Translations under genes and position numbers: made by a program
Notes under the pieces: model-generated
What the model was told of the DNA's origin: nothing
The model's input: only the letters and a program-made list of their open reading frames with translations
Database searches by the model: none
Part shown: in pieces, positions 14,113 to 26,602 of the stretch
Layout of the letters: each line of letters begins with the position of its first letter
Position numbering within the stretch: the first letter of the stretch is position 1
Assembly: GCA_964016885.1 (NCBI GenBank)
Contig: OZ024740.1
Span: forward strand, 283,526,001-283,590,000
Length of the DNA stretch: 64,000 nt
Reading direction: 5' to 3'
Source: Eledone cirrhosa
Lineage: Eukaryota

Positions 14113-14896
14113 TGTTCTTCTTTTTGGTAAATATCATCTTGGTTAAGAGAGTGGGACTGGCTTTGTGCAGTGCCTTTCCTCACTATAAAAGCTTCACGGC
14201 ACAGGCATTGCTTTATATCTGGAGATCTCTCTGTACTTGTCATCACATGGTACCATGGGCCCAGCACTATGTGTCAATAATTGTCACAAGTGTAGCGTTT
14301 GTACCAGAGTTTTCAAGTCGCTGGCTGGACTAAAAATTCACACTCGTTCAGCGCATCGGTAGGGGTTCTCCTACATATAAAGTAGTGGCCGTACTCGAAA
14401 ACGAGTTGGCAGCCACCATGTATGTATGTATGTATGTATGCAAAGGGCAAGGGAGCTCTTAAGACTCAATAGCCATCCAAAATCACCGGGAGAGATGACC
14501 CCTTAGCCTTTGTCAAGGCAGAATTCTAGGAGAAGGAAAACTCTGATATAACACCTGCAACCCTGATGGTATCCAATGATGTTGACTTGTTCTTCTTTTT
14601 GGTAAATATCATCTTGGTTAAGAGAGTGGGACTGGCTTTGTGCAGTGCCTTTGCTCACTATAAAAGCTTCACGGCACAGGCATTGCTTTATATCTGGAGA
14701 TCTCTCTGCACTTGTCGTCACATAGTACCATGGGCCCAGCACTATGTGTCAATAATTGTCACAAGTGTAGTGTTTGTACCAGAGTTTTCAAGTCACTGGC
14801 TGGACTAAAAAGTCACACTCGTTCAGGGCATCGGTAGGGGTTCTCCTACATGGATATAAAGTAGTGGCCGTACTCGAAAACGAGTTGGCAGCCACC
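14113..14896 (+). mobile_element. Two tandem 5'-truncated RTE-like non-autonomous copies (14113-14418, 14441-14896)
   Basis: Near-identical to 43912-44520; each ends GTTGGCAGCCACC(ATGT)n. Confidence 0.8.
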
Positions 14897-15655
14897 ATGT
14901 ATGTATGTATGCATGTATGTATGCATGTATGTATGTATGCATGTATGTATGTATGTATGCATGTATGTATGTATTTATGTATCTATGTATATGTGTATGT
15001 ATGTTTGTATGTATGGAAGTAAGTATGTATGTATGTATGTATGTATGTATTTATGTGTCTATGTATATGTGTATGTATGTTTGTATGTATGTATCTATGT
15101 ATATGTGTATGTATGTTTGTATGTATGGAAGTAAGTGTGTATGTATGTATGTATTTATGTATCTATGTATATGTGTATGTATGTTTGTATGTATGCATCT
15201 ATGTATATGTGTATGTATGTATGTATGTATGTATGTATGTATGTATGTTTGTATGTATTTATGTATGTATGTATATATTCATGGGTGTGCGTGGGTGTTT
15301 TGCCAGTGGGCGAATGTATGTCTGTATGTGTTTCTGTTTGTGTGCGTAAAATATTTTATTCAAAACCTCAATAAACTCGATGTACAAGATTTTGCTATAT
15401 TATTTCTGTAGATAACCACGAAGCCTGCAAATGTTGAATTGTTAAGTAAATTCTATACACAGCATGAATCATACTCCATTACAGTAATGTGAGTTAGCAA
15501 CAGAAATCATTGTAATGCAATGGTTATCATCCATGTCTATTTAACCAGATTAACACGAGCCCCGTTTTCTCATCCTCCTCCCCTTCCTTCTTCTTCTTCT
15601 TCTTCTTCTCCTCCTTCTCCGCCTCCTCCTCTTCCTCTCCTCCTCCTTCTTCTTC

Positions 15656-15714
<59 letters not shown>

Positions 15715-15729
15715 GTTATCATCCATGCC

Positions 15730-16095
15730 GGGTGGTGGATGGCCATATTGTTAGAGTATCGGAAGAAAGACTTTCAAGTATATCTTCTATCTCTTCATGT
15801 TCTGAGTTCAAATCCCACGGAGGACAACGTTACCTTTCATCCTCCTGGGTGTCGATGAAATAAAGTACCAGTCCCTTTCTGGGGTAGGTCTAATTATCGC
15901 TTCCGTTAAGTTGACGATATTTTGCATAATTTAAATAGGGTTGGACATGCTTTCCAGCATAGTTACGTCCCTTCTCGATCTGAGTTCAAATCCCGCCGAG
16001 GTTAACTTTGCCTTTCATCCTTACGGGGGTCTATAAAATAAAGTACCAGTAATACACTGGGTTATTGCTGGCCTTGTGCCAAAAGTAGAAACAAT
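15730..16095 (+). mobile_element. Two SINE A copies (about 15730-15875 diverged, 15938-16095)
   Basis: B-box and CCTTTCATCCT..ATAAAGTACCAGT core. Confidence 0.75.
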
Positions 16096-16188
16096 TATTA
16101 TTATTATTATTATTGATGGTTTGCACGGTAAATCTTATAAATACTGGATCTTCTTCTGCCGGTCCAGTCTCAGTAAAGACCGTAATTT

Positions 16189-16281
<93 letters not shown>

Positions 16282-16331
16282 GCTGTCGTCGCTGTCGTCG
16301 CCGCCGTCGTTGTCGATGTCGCTGTCGTCAT

Positions 16332-16370
<39 letters not shown>

Positions 16371-16550
16371 GGTTTCGCCGTTGCCATCATCATCATCATC
16401 ATCATCATCGTCGTTGTTGTTGTCGTCGTTGTCATCGTCATCATCATCATCATCATCGTCATCATCATCGTCATTATCGTCGTCATCATCATAATCATCA
16501 TCATCATCATCATTATCATCATCGTCATCATCATTATTGTTGTTGTTGTA
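16189..16550. repeat. (ATC)n/(GTC)n trinucleotide complex
   Basis: Direct inspection. Confidence 0.95.
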
Positions 16551-17279
16551 CCGATCTACTGTTTACTTTATTATGTCTAAACTAAAACCAGCTGTCTTTT
16601 CTTTTGCAGGTGAGTAAATACCGTTACCGTAATCTATTAATCAACTCGTGTAAATGTCACCAGTAAGGTAAAATCTCTTCTCTTTTTTTTTCCTTCCATC
16701 TTTCTATTCTGTTCTCAACTTAATTATATATATTTCTTGCAAATATTTCCTTATTACTTACTCAACTTTTATCTACGATCTTCTGGTGGTGTATATATAT
16801 TGTTTTTATCTTGTGATGGCAATAAATCGATATTCAACAATGCTACATATATCACTGGTTATTCTCCGTAGTAGTCGGATAATATACAGTTTCGTATTTG
16901 AATCCTAGTTTAATACTCACTGTGTTAAAAAATAAAGCTTGTACGTAATGAAACTAATTTTGTATCTAGAATTGGAATTGTTTCTGTCTGTTGACTGATT
17001 TGGAAACTAATATAAACTCCAAGTAAAGCACTGAGAAATTGAAATTGAGAAACCGAGAAACTGTAAATAATTTTACAGTTATTGTCATATGTATTTATCT
17101 TATCCAAACAGACATATATATGACTTAAAATGGTAGTAGATATTTACAAGAAGAAAAATTATTACAAGCTATACAAAATTTCCCAAGATGGAGTGTTCCA
17201 TTGCATGTTGAACTATTGTAGTACCACAGACGAAAACGATTTTAGGTATCGTATGAAGGCAAATTTTCCAATAGCTAGA

Positions 17280-17468
17280 TAATTGTTTCTACTTTTGGCC
17301 CAATGCCAGCAATTAACCAGTACATTACTGGTACTTTATTTTATCGACCCCGTAAGGATGAAAGGCAAAGTTAACCTCGGCGGGATTTGAACTCAGACCG
17401 TAAAGGGACGTAACGATGCTGGAAAGCATAGCGTCCGACTCTCTACTGATACTGCCAATCCACTGCCC
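17280..17468 (-). mobile_element. SINE A
   Basis: Reverse complement of the family consensus. Confidence 0.85.
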
Positions 17469-17542
17469 TATTTCCTATAACTAAAATTTCCTATAGCTAG
17501 ATAATAACCACCAGTATTATCAAATATATTTTCATACATGAA

Positions 17543-17735
17543 ATATATTAAATTTACTTAAATTTTCAATATTTATCAGTCTTTCTATATATATGCATCT
17601 ACCACATTGTGATGTTTGCATGTATTTAAGCCTTGTTCTCGCTCTGGGAACATCTTACTCTCTCCCTTTCACTAATCTAAGTGGATATGGAAACGATAAC
17701 TAGATATCAGACAGACAAGCAGATAGATAGATAGC

Positions 17736-17804
<69 letters not shown>

Positions 17805-18764
17805 GAAAAAAATTATTATCCACAAGGGCACAAAAGAAGGGGACAAATACAAATAGGGAGTTTACATACAGGTATACGAAAATAAAACTATTAATACAAT
17901 AACAAATAACAATTGAAATCCCCAATAGGGGGGAGGTGTTACACAGGGGTTGTACACACCCCGAAAAAATGTACAACCCTCATCTTCAGGAGCACCAAGA
18001 GTGAGTACTGCCTTCCTCTCTTCCTCTTTTTCCTAAACCTACAGGCTTATATAGAGAGAAGGCCCAACCACTCGGGCCATCTTTGCCACATTCACCCACC
18101 TTTTATTAAATTTGCTGGGGTACAGCACCTCTCTCTCCATCCTGATTCTTCTTCCAAAATGATATTTGAAAAAACGAATCAGCTGCTCGCCGGAGAGAAA
18201 GGTGTCTGACCTCAGCCCTTTTAACCTCGTCCACCATATAACCTCTTTCACCATAGCCATAACACATAGGAAAACCGCCTCTCCCTCGTTTTTGAAGGAG
18301 GGTGGCTGTTTGATCATGACAATAGACTCGGTGGTCAACTGGATTGGTCCCACCCGCGACAATAGTCGTTCTACATAGCCCCACAGGTCGGTAACGTCCG
18401 GGCAGTGTACAAATGCGTGTCCAACGGTTTCCTCATCGCGCACGCATCTCGGACAGATCTTTTTCGAAGGGTCCCTACCCGGGCGCCCGTGTCTATAGAG
18501 CTTGTCTCGAACTGGTAGAGCTCCTCAGTAGCACTGCCAGGCCAGGGACTTTTGGAAGTTGTCCATTGGTCCCGGGCGGAAGGTCGTACCGAACAGACTG
18601 GCCAGTTTGTCCTCCTCTACGCCTAGAGTTTCTCCGAGCGTGTCGTCGCACTTGCTGCGGACCAACCCTCTATAGAATGTCGAAGTGGAGTCTCTACTGA
18701 TCGCCGGGTCCGTTTGCTAGAGGACTGTGAGCGCCTGAGCACATTCGATGTGCCAATAGGTAGG

Positions 18765-18844
<80 letters not shown>

Positions 18845-19110
18845 CAAAAACATCACGCCCACTGTAAATTGTAATTTTCTTCTACATTCTCAATTCATGT
18901 AATTCTGTATGTATATATATATAATATATTAATATGTTGATTAATAGATACAAATATTAATCATATTGTCTGACAAAAACTCGGGTCAACAGGAGTAAGA
19001 TGTTCCCAGAGCGAGAACAAGGCTTTAATACATGCAAACATCACAATGTGGCAGATGAATATATATAGAAAGACTGATAAATATTGAAAATTTAAGTAAA
19101 TTTAATATAT
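17543..19110. repeat. 118-bp inverted repeats (17543-17660, 18993-19110) enclosing (GATA)n and a LINE
   Basis: Arms are reverse-complementary with about 3 mismatches. Confidence 0.85.
17805..18756 (-). mobile_element. L1/Tx1-like LINE 3' portion inserted in (GATA)n
   Basis: EETVGHAFVHCPDVTDLWGYVERLLSRVG..KEVIWWTRLKGL; (GATA)n on both sides. Confidence 0.85.
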
Positions 19111-19182
19111 ACTTGGTTGGAGAGAGTATAATCTATTCATTAATTCTTCTGAATTTATTTTGCTAACATCTCCCATTTATGA

Positions 19183-19262
<80 letters not shown>

Positions 19263-19329
19263 GGTTGTTCTGTTCTGTTCTTTGAGGACATTTTCATGAC
19301 TTTGATAAAAATGCATTAGTCATGAAAGA

Positions 19330-19520
19330 AGAGCTTTATTTTAGAAATCGTCCATATCTTTGGGGTGACGTAATCTTGGAGATTGTAACTCATCCAGTCT
19401 TGAGTCGTGTTGGCCATATGAGACAATGGATGTGAAAATAGTCTAGAAATTGAATGTGCTCGTAGGAAAGAGCTCCCCGGAACACAAGCTAGCCACATTC
19501 GAAGACATTGTTTATACAAT
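19330..19520 (-). pseudogene. Possible Tc1-like transposase fragment
   Basis: SHMANTTQDWMSYNLQDYVTPKIW resembles the segment preceding WPPxSPDLNP; motif itself missing. Confidence 0.35.
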
Positions 19521-19868
19521 CAGCAAGACGTCTATGGAGTAAGACAACCAAATATGAATGGTTGTATTTTAACGTTCAACCAAGCGAAGTAACTGAGTAA
19601 GTCATGGCTGTAGTGTTGGCGGCGGCGGTCACACTGCTTACGTCTCACCGCTACCATGAAAACCAACGTTACTTTTCCAATTATTAGTTTGAAAGCTAAA
19701 TATCCGCAGAAGGGCATCTAGGAGTCATGACCTGGATGTGGGCCCCCTTAGAGTGTAAGAAGTTAAAGGCTAAAACACTTGCGTGGGGTGGGGTTTCTTC
19801 TCTGAAGATCTTCTGCTGTCCAACTCTCCTGAGAGTTTCTTACCACTATATATTTATATATATATATA

Positions 19869-19912
<44 letters not shown>

Positions 19913-20648
19913 CAAATACATAACTTATTATCGCAATAACTATAATATCAAATTGAATTCCAATGCTGTATAGAGGTTATGTCAGAATTCAAATCAATAT
20001 TTTTTTTAGATATCTATCTATAATAAAAACATTTGTGATTTATATGAAACCACAATATTTCTGATTCATATATTTCCCCAGGGAATATAAACACCCATTT
20101 TTGATATGTCATAATTTCTACATTTAATTATTTTTGAAAATATCGATAAAGATACGCTGAAAATTACAAGTGGCTTTTTTTTCAGAAAATCTTAATTGAA
20201 ATCTATTGGTATTTAAAACTTATCAATGAGGCATACAGTTCTCATCGCTATTGGTGTGTTTGTTTCTTGTTTATGAAAAAATTAATTAATTCAGTGTTTA
20301 AATAAAGCTCAAGAGGTTAGTTTAGTTGTTTAAAATCAGGTGATTATGTTAATTAAGGCGCGTCTGCAGGAATAAAATTCTGATGACGTAGCACTCTATT
20401 GAAATGTTATGAATATTATTTGGCACAAATTTCGAACACTTCTTTATCGATCGCTTTTGCCAATCATATTTATTTCCTAAGTTTAGTTAAACATGTAGTT
20501 AACATTTTTATTATATTGCTTGCGGTCTTTAGAGTTACTTCAATTAGTCTCTTCTCTCTAATCCGCTCTTTTCTAGATCTCTCCCACACACACTCTCTAC
20601 CTCACCTTCTATCTTTGCATCCCCACTCTCTCTCCCTCTCTTCTCTTT

Positions 20649-20690
<42 letters not shown>

Positions 20691-20691
<1 letters not shown>

Positions 20692-20826
20692 TAGGAAAAT
20701 GTTTAACCCCGACGGCAGAGCTCTGCCGTCGGGGTTAAACATTTTCCTATTACCCACTCTACTACCCCAAGTATTGAGTAGTGTGGTGCGTTATGGTCCA
20801 TCTGGTTCCTTACCTCACTTCCGTCG

Positions 20827-20830
<4 letters not shown>
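20691..20830 (+). mobile_element. Family F7 short element with perfect 60-bp palindromic head
   Basis: 20691-20750 is a perfect palindrome; tail CCTATTACCCACTCTACTACCC..GGTGCGTTATGGTCCA shared with 38552, 59214, 60024 and 63830 copies. Confidence 0.85.
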
Positions 20831-20852
<22 letters not shown>

Positions 20853-20860
<8 letters not shown>

Positions 20861-21618
20861 AAAAGGTAACACACTAGAGAGAGATATACAGTGCGCTATC
20901 AATAAAACAGGGGAAAACCACCAGTGTATGGAATCTATAACCTATGAGAGGCAGACTATAGAAACGATAATTAAAAATATAAATTAAAGCGTAAACAAAT
21001 TCCTCTATAACTATATAACACACATACAAATCCAGAGAGATCTGTTTCGCAAGTAAGTTGTTGACAGAAATGGAATAACCTCGATTCCTCAGCGTGTGTA
21101 AGGCTATACATTTCAGACAACACTAAAAGAATTTTAAAAGTGACTGTCCAGCTACACGTGGGAGAGAGAAGTCACAGCGTGTTTAAGGGCAGTGAACCAG
21201 TGGCCTCTGAGGGACGAGCTGCTAGAAAGGGCAGCCCCAAAACCACTCAGAGAAGTGTGCTCAACCAAACAGAGAGATAGGAAAGACTGCTATAAGGAGC
21301 GAAATATCACGATAAATTAGCGGAGCCATAGACCCTTGCCATTCCCTGTAAATCATGTGCTCAAAGGAGAAGAAATCCTGAGCTCTTTAAAATACAATAT
21401 GTTGAAAAGGTAACACAATAGAGAGAGATATACAGTGCGCTATCAATAAAACAGGGAAAAACCACCAGTGTATGGAATCTATAACCTATGAAAGGCAGAC
21501 TATAGACACGATAATTAAGAATATAAATTAAAACGTGTGTTATATAGTTATTGAGGTATTTATTTACGCTTTAATTTATATTTTTAATTATCATGTCTAT
21601 AGTCTGCCTTTCATAGGA
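20853..21618 (-). mobile_element. Partial tandem (544-bp period) plus inverted segment, Penelope pLTR-like arrangement
   Basis: Direct repeats at about 20853-20992 and 21397-21535; 21535-21618 is an inverted copy of about 20941-21023; degenerate CTGAGGA..GAAACAGATCT on minus strand 21035-21092. Confidence 0.6.
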
Positions 21619-23281
21619 TTTAGCTTCAAGCATAGCTGTACGCAGATATGTATAGAAATTTCGTATTTCTAAATTATGTGATTTTGTAGGAACTTGGAGC
21701 TTTATGATGGTATCCGATTAGTCATAGCAGATTTATCTCGCATGCACCATCAATCTTCAACCTTTGTGGGAATACTTCTCTATCTGTCGTCATTGTAAAT
21801 CTGCTGATGCCCATTTTTCCCCTTTCTGGGAGTTTATACGTCCTTTTATTATTAGTCTATAGTAAAACTATATATATTATTAGACTGTAGTGAAAACTGC
21901 GGACATATTTCACCCTCAACTTTCTGATGACGGCACAAACCTGATACAGTTGTAAAAACATATTAATGTGACAGTGGTAGTGAAATGTAACACATTCTTG
22001 CGTCCAACGATATCAAAGCATTAATTTCACAACAAACTATATAGAACGACAATATGCATTAAAATATGTAGAACTTCAATGGAACTCTAAAACTACGAAC
22101 AAAGAAATGTCGATGTATTGAAACCAAAGGAATATTTGTACAACATTCCTGTAACATTTCCTCAAACACAGACACAAAAGAACACATACTGTTATACTGT
22201 TCTATATGACCGAAAACAAATACAAACAAATACTTTTGTTTGTATCAGTTAATGTTGAATTTTCAGTTGTTGTTACTTTCATATAATAACTTTAAATTCG
22301 TATACAAAACCAATGGTGCATTTGGCTACATAAACAAATATTTGTGCAGCAACCTTGAAAATAACGTTGCTGCTCAAAGAAGAAAGAAATTTCAGAAACT
22401 GTTTAATGGTATTGTAGGGGCCCGATAAGGATGTGTAAAAATACTTCCATAATTCATCACTTCCCTTAAATATACTGTTTTCTCAATATTAGTAATAGAA
22501 AAAATTATCTCTTCAGTAAAGACCAACTAATGTTTCCACTTGATTGAACTCAACTAAATAGAAGATTTATTTATATGTCTGCAATCTCTGACAATTAATA
22601 TGAATAACAATAAGTCTGCAAAAAAAAAATGAATAAACACACTTCCGAAGCATTTGAAAAACTTCACCTATTAAAGAAATGGTAGGATTTCACATATGTA
22701 ATATAGTGAATATATATATATATATATTTGTATATGTGTATGTATGTACGAACGTACGTATGTATGTATATATGTATATATATATGTATGTATGTTCAGG
22801 AATCGATATGCCGCATTCAGACAATGGGACGGTTCAGTGAACAGAGAGAAAACGTCCGAATGTTGATATTAGATATGGCTCCGTCATGTCTTTCTTGCAC
22901 TGGGTCATCGAGTTCATTTCACACGGAACTTAGTTATTAACGAAATTTATTCTAATTCATATGGAATTGTGTCTTTCTCCTAGCTATTGTAATAGATATT
23001 AAATAGACAAATTTGTTGATGGGAGTGAGGTTGTGTCACTTTTGTATCAATTGGACCGGCGCCACTTGTCTCAGATGGTGAGAAGTCACAATTCGACTGA
23101 ATAATTATGGAGTTACTCTTTACATTACAAGTAAGACGGCGTTATTGTACGACTCTGTTCTCTTCTGAAAAACATCGACAGCAAACGTTCCTACACATAA
23201 TATTCGATGCAACCCTTGTACACACAGATGTTCACGCACACATACACACACATTCGCACGGACACATACAGATATATATTG

Positions 23282-23326
<45 letters not shown>

Positions 23327-23434
23327 TTGTGTATATACATGTATACATATATATATGTTTATATATATATATTTATATATATATATATATATAGACATAT
23401 GTATATATAGACATATGTATATATATATATATAC

Positions 23435-23487
<53 letters not shown>

Positions 23488-23644
23488 GAGAGCGAGAGAG
23501 AGAGAGAGAAATATTTGCATGTTTATTCCTGGGTATTGGGTGTATTTTGTGTGAGGTTCACACGTCGTATTTGCCCTTTATTCACAAACCCTTCAAAAAA
23601 TCAAGTAATTTATTTTTTGCCAATCTGAAAAAATAATATATCTA

Positions 23645-24089
<445 letters not shown>

Positions 24090-24187
24090 TATATGTATGT
24101 ATATATATATATACACATTTCTTCATTACACTCTCATTTGCTGTGTTATTCCTGCTTACTTTTTCATATATGTATATATATATATAT

Positions 24188-24242
<55 letters not shown>

Positions 24243-24294
24243 TAGATATATACATACATACATACATACATACATACATACATACATACATACA

Positions 24295-24325
<31 letters not shown>

Positions 24326-25145
24326 GTGTAGGTGGGTGGGTGACTGTGTGTGCATATAAGTGTGTATGTATGTATGTATGTATGTGTGGTTTAACAAATA
24401 AACTTGTTACAGAAACCATTGGTGGTCAGAAAAACAGTGAAGCATTAGTCAGACCATCAAACGTAACAACCAACAGAATTGGTTACTTTATGTAGACAGA
24501 AAAGCAAACACTACACATAATAAATATCAAGTAGACGAACGAAGATGCTGGGCTCTCTACGGTCGTTCAAACTGGTAGAAATAATGGATCTTCCGTCGGC
24601 CTCGACGATGAGCATTCAATCGTCCAGTTAACTGAACCTCCTTCTTAAATTAACATGTACGTGGCTAAGTACTCCGCATATACGTGTATCTTTAATATAA
24701 TTCCTCAGCTGAATTACCATGACAAGGCTCACTTTCTTCTGTGCATCAATATTCCTTGCTTTTTCCCTCCTTTTCCTCTCATTTATGGCATTTATCGTCC
24801 TTTCCTCTACTTTCTCATACAGCCAGATCTGCCCCTCTTTTCTCCCTCCCCTTTTTCTCATTACTTCATTTTGTTTTTATATTTCTATCATTGTATAACT
24901 TCTTTTTTATTTGTAATCTATATAACTGTCAATGATAAAAACCCCATTTATATCCATAATAAAAAGATTAATATTTTTTTTAACTGGCTAACTTTGAACT
25001 AGAAGTACAATCCATCCATTTCTTCCTACCCAATTCAACTCACAAAGCTTGGATTGAATAACAGTTTAGTCTCTCTCTAATCATACTGACTACAGTTTTT
25101 CATAGTCAGATCAACTTTGAGCATTCTCGTCGATGGAGATCTGGT

Positions 25146-25510
25146 GCTTCTTCTTCTTCTTCTTCTTCTTCTTCTTGAGAGGGTTGTGGGCGCAGAGTCC
25201 TCAAACACTCCTTCCAAACACTTCCTGTCAGAAACAACCGTCTCCAACTGTCTGGCTAGATTCCCAAGCGAGACCATCCGCGATCATGGATGTTATCCAA
25301 CCATCTTGCTGGGGCTCTACTCCTGGGTTTCCTGCCAGTTGGTTTTGCCCGTACAATCTGTCCAGCGTTTCTTTCCTGAGACATTCTAGCCTCATATCCA
25401 CATACACGAAGCTGTGATCTGTTAATTCGGAGAAGTAGTGACTCTACCCGGAGTGACTCTCTCTTCTCTGAACTACGCATTCTATCGAGAAACTTTACTC
25501 CAAAGACCAT
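25146..25510 (-). mobile_element. RTE-clade (Expander/Rex3-like) LINE 3' end with (GAA)n tail
   Basis: GVKFLDRMRSSEKRESLRVESLLLRINRSQLR..RM..PTGRKPRSR..RWLDNI..WSRLGI. Confidence 0.8.
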
Positions 25511-26371
25511 TCAGAAGAAATCAATGTTGATTTGTTTTAAGATTATTTTCATAGTGATAAGTAATGATCATTAATGATTGCATATGTTTGCAGAATAGCA
25601 TTGATTTGATGAAGGATTACTCTGTCAGACGTTCAGGTGATCGAACAACTGAATGCTTATCATCAAACCAGTAAAGAATCTATCAGTCTTTATGCCAAGA
25701 CATGAGATTGTTTTAAAACTTCAGCTGTAAATAGTTGGGGATATTATCTGAGAGTCAAATAAAGCATATCCTTATGATAGACAAATTGTGTCGTGATTAC
25801 GATTTAGATTAAATAGTTAACAGCAATAAAGTGTTGATATCTCGATGACAAAATGGAATGAACTGAAAAAGTACTCGAAAATAGGATAAAACTATAATAA
25901 ATGTTCAATAAAATATGAAGTGTTTTTACTGTGTGGTGTACTATAATTTTCAATGAGTGGTTCTCTGTAAAACTACGCTCTATCCCTCTAGCAGTATAAA
26001 TCTTCATCAAATAAACGTTTATATAGCAATTCCTATATAATACTTGCTATCCATTGACCACTATCAATAGCCTGTTGATTTCCTTTTTTTATTTCAGGGT
26101 CTAGTTATTTTATGAGTTAGGGTTATTGTTCTACTGCCTTAGCCGCTGTCCAGTCAAGTCAGTGACCTCATCAATGGGATAATGACCGAACATTATATTT
26201 TAAAATCAATTTTGTTTATAAACTATGCTGTTAATATGGGAATAAATATATTGATTCGTCGAAATGGAAGTCAGCACAGATTAAAATGCCGAGAAAATAT
26301 ATTTAACAGAAAAAAACACAGATCTTAAAGAGAAAGATAAGACTGCTCTAAAATTCTAGATTACGCTGGCT

Positions 26372-26568
26372 TACGAGGGTCGGCTGAAAAGTTTAGAGGC
26401 TGACTACGGAGGAGTGGCGCTAGAGTTGTGAAATCTTCCAAGCATTTATTCTAACTCTTTTCATTTAATAGCTGCATTGTTTCTTTCCAGGGACTATGTT
26501 AAAAAATAAACCTCATTTGGTCAGTCTATGAGCTTTTCAGCCAATGAACTCTTCAGCCGACTCTTATA
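26372..26568. mobile_element. Mariner MITE related to the element at 2467-3538
   Basis: TA-CGAGGGTCGGCTGAAAAGTT ... AACTCTTCAGCCGACTCT; internal GGACTATGTTAAAAAATAAACCTCATTT matches the transposase stop region. Confidence 0.75.
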
Positions 26569-26602
26569 GTTCATTAATAAGTAGAATCCTACTCTCTATC
26601 GT

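Noticed and set aside
26075-26200. Acceptor-like TTTTTTTATTTCAG as an exon start
   Set aside because: No convincing open frame or donor downstream; such motifs are common in AT-rich DNA
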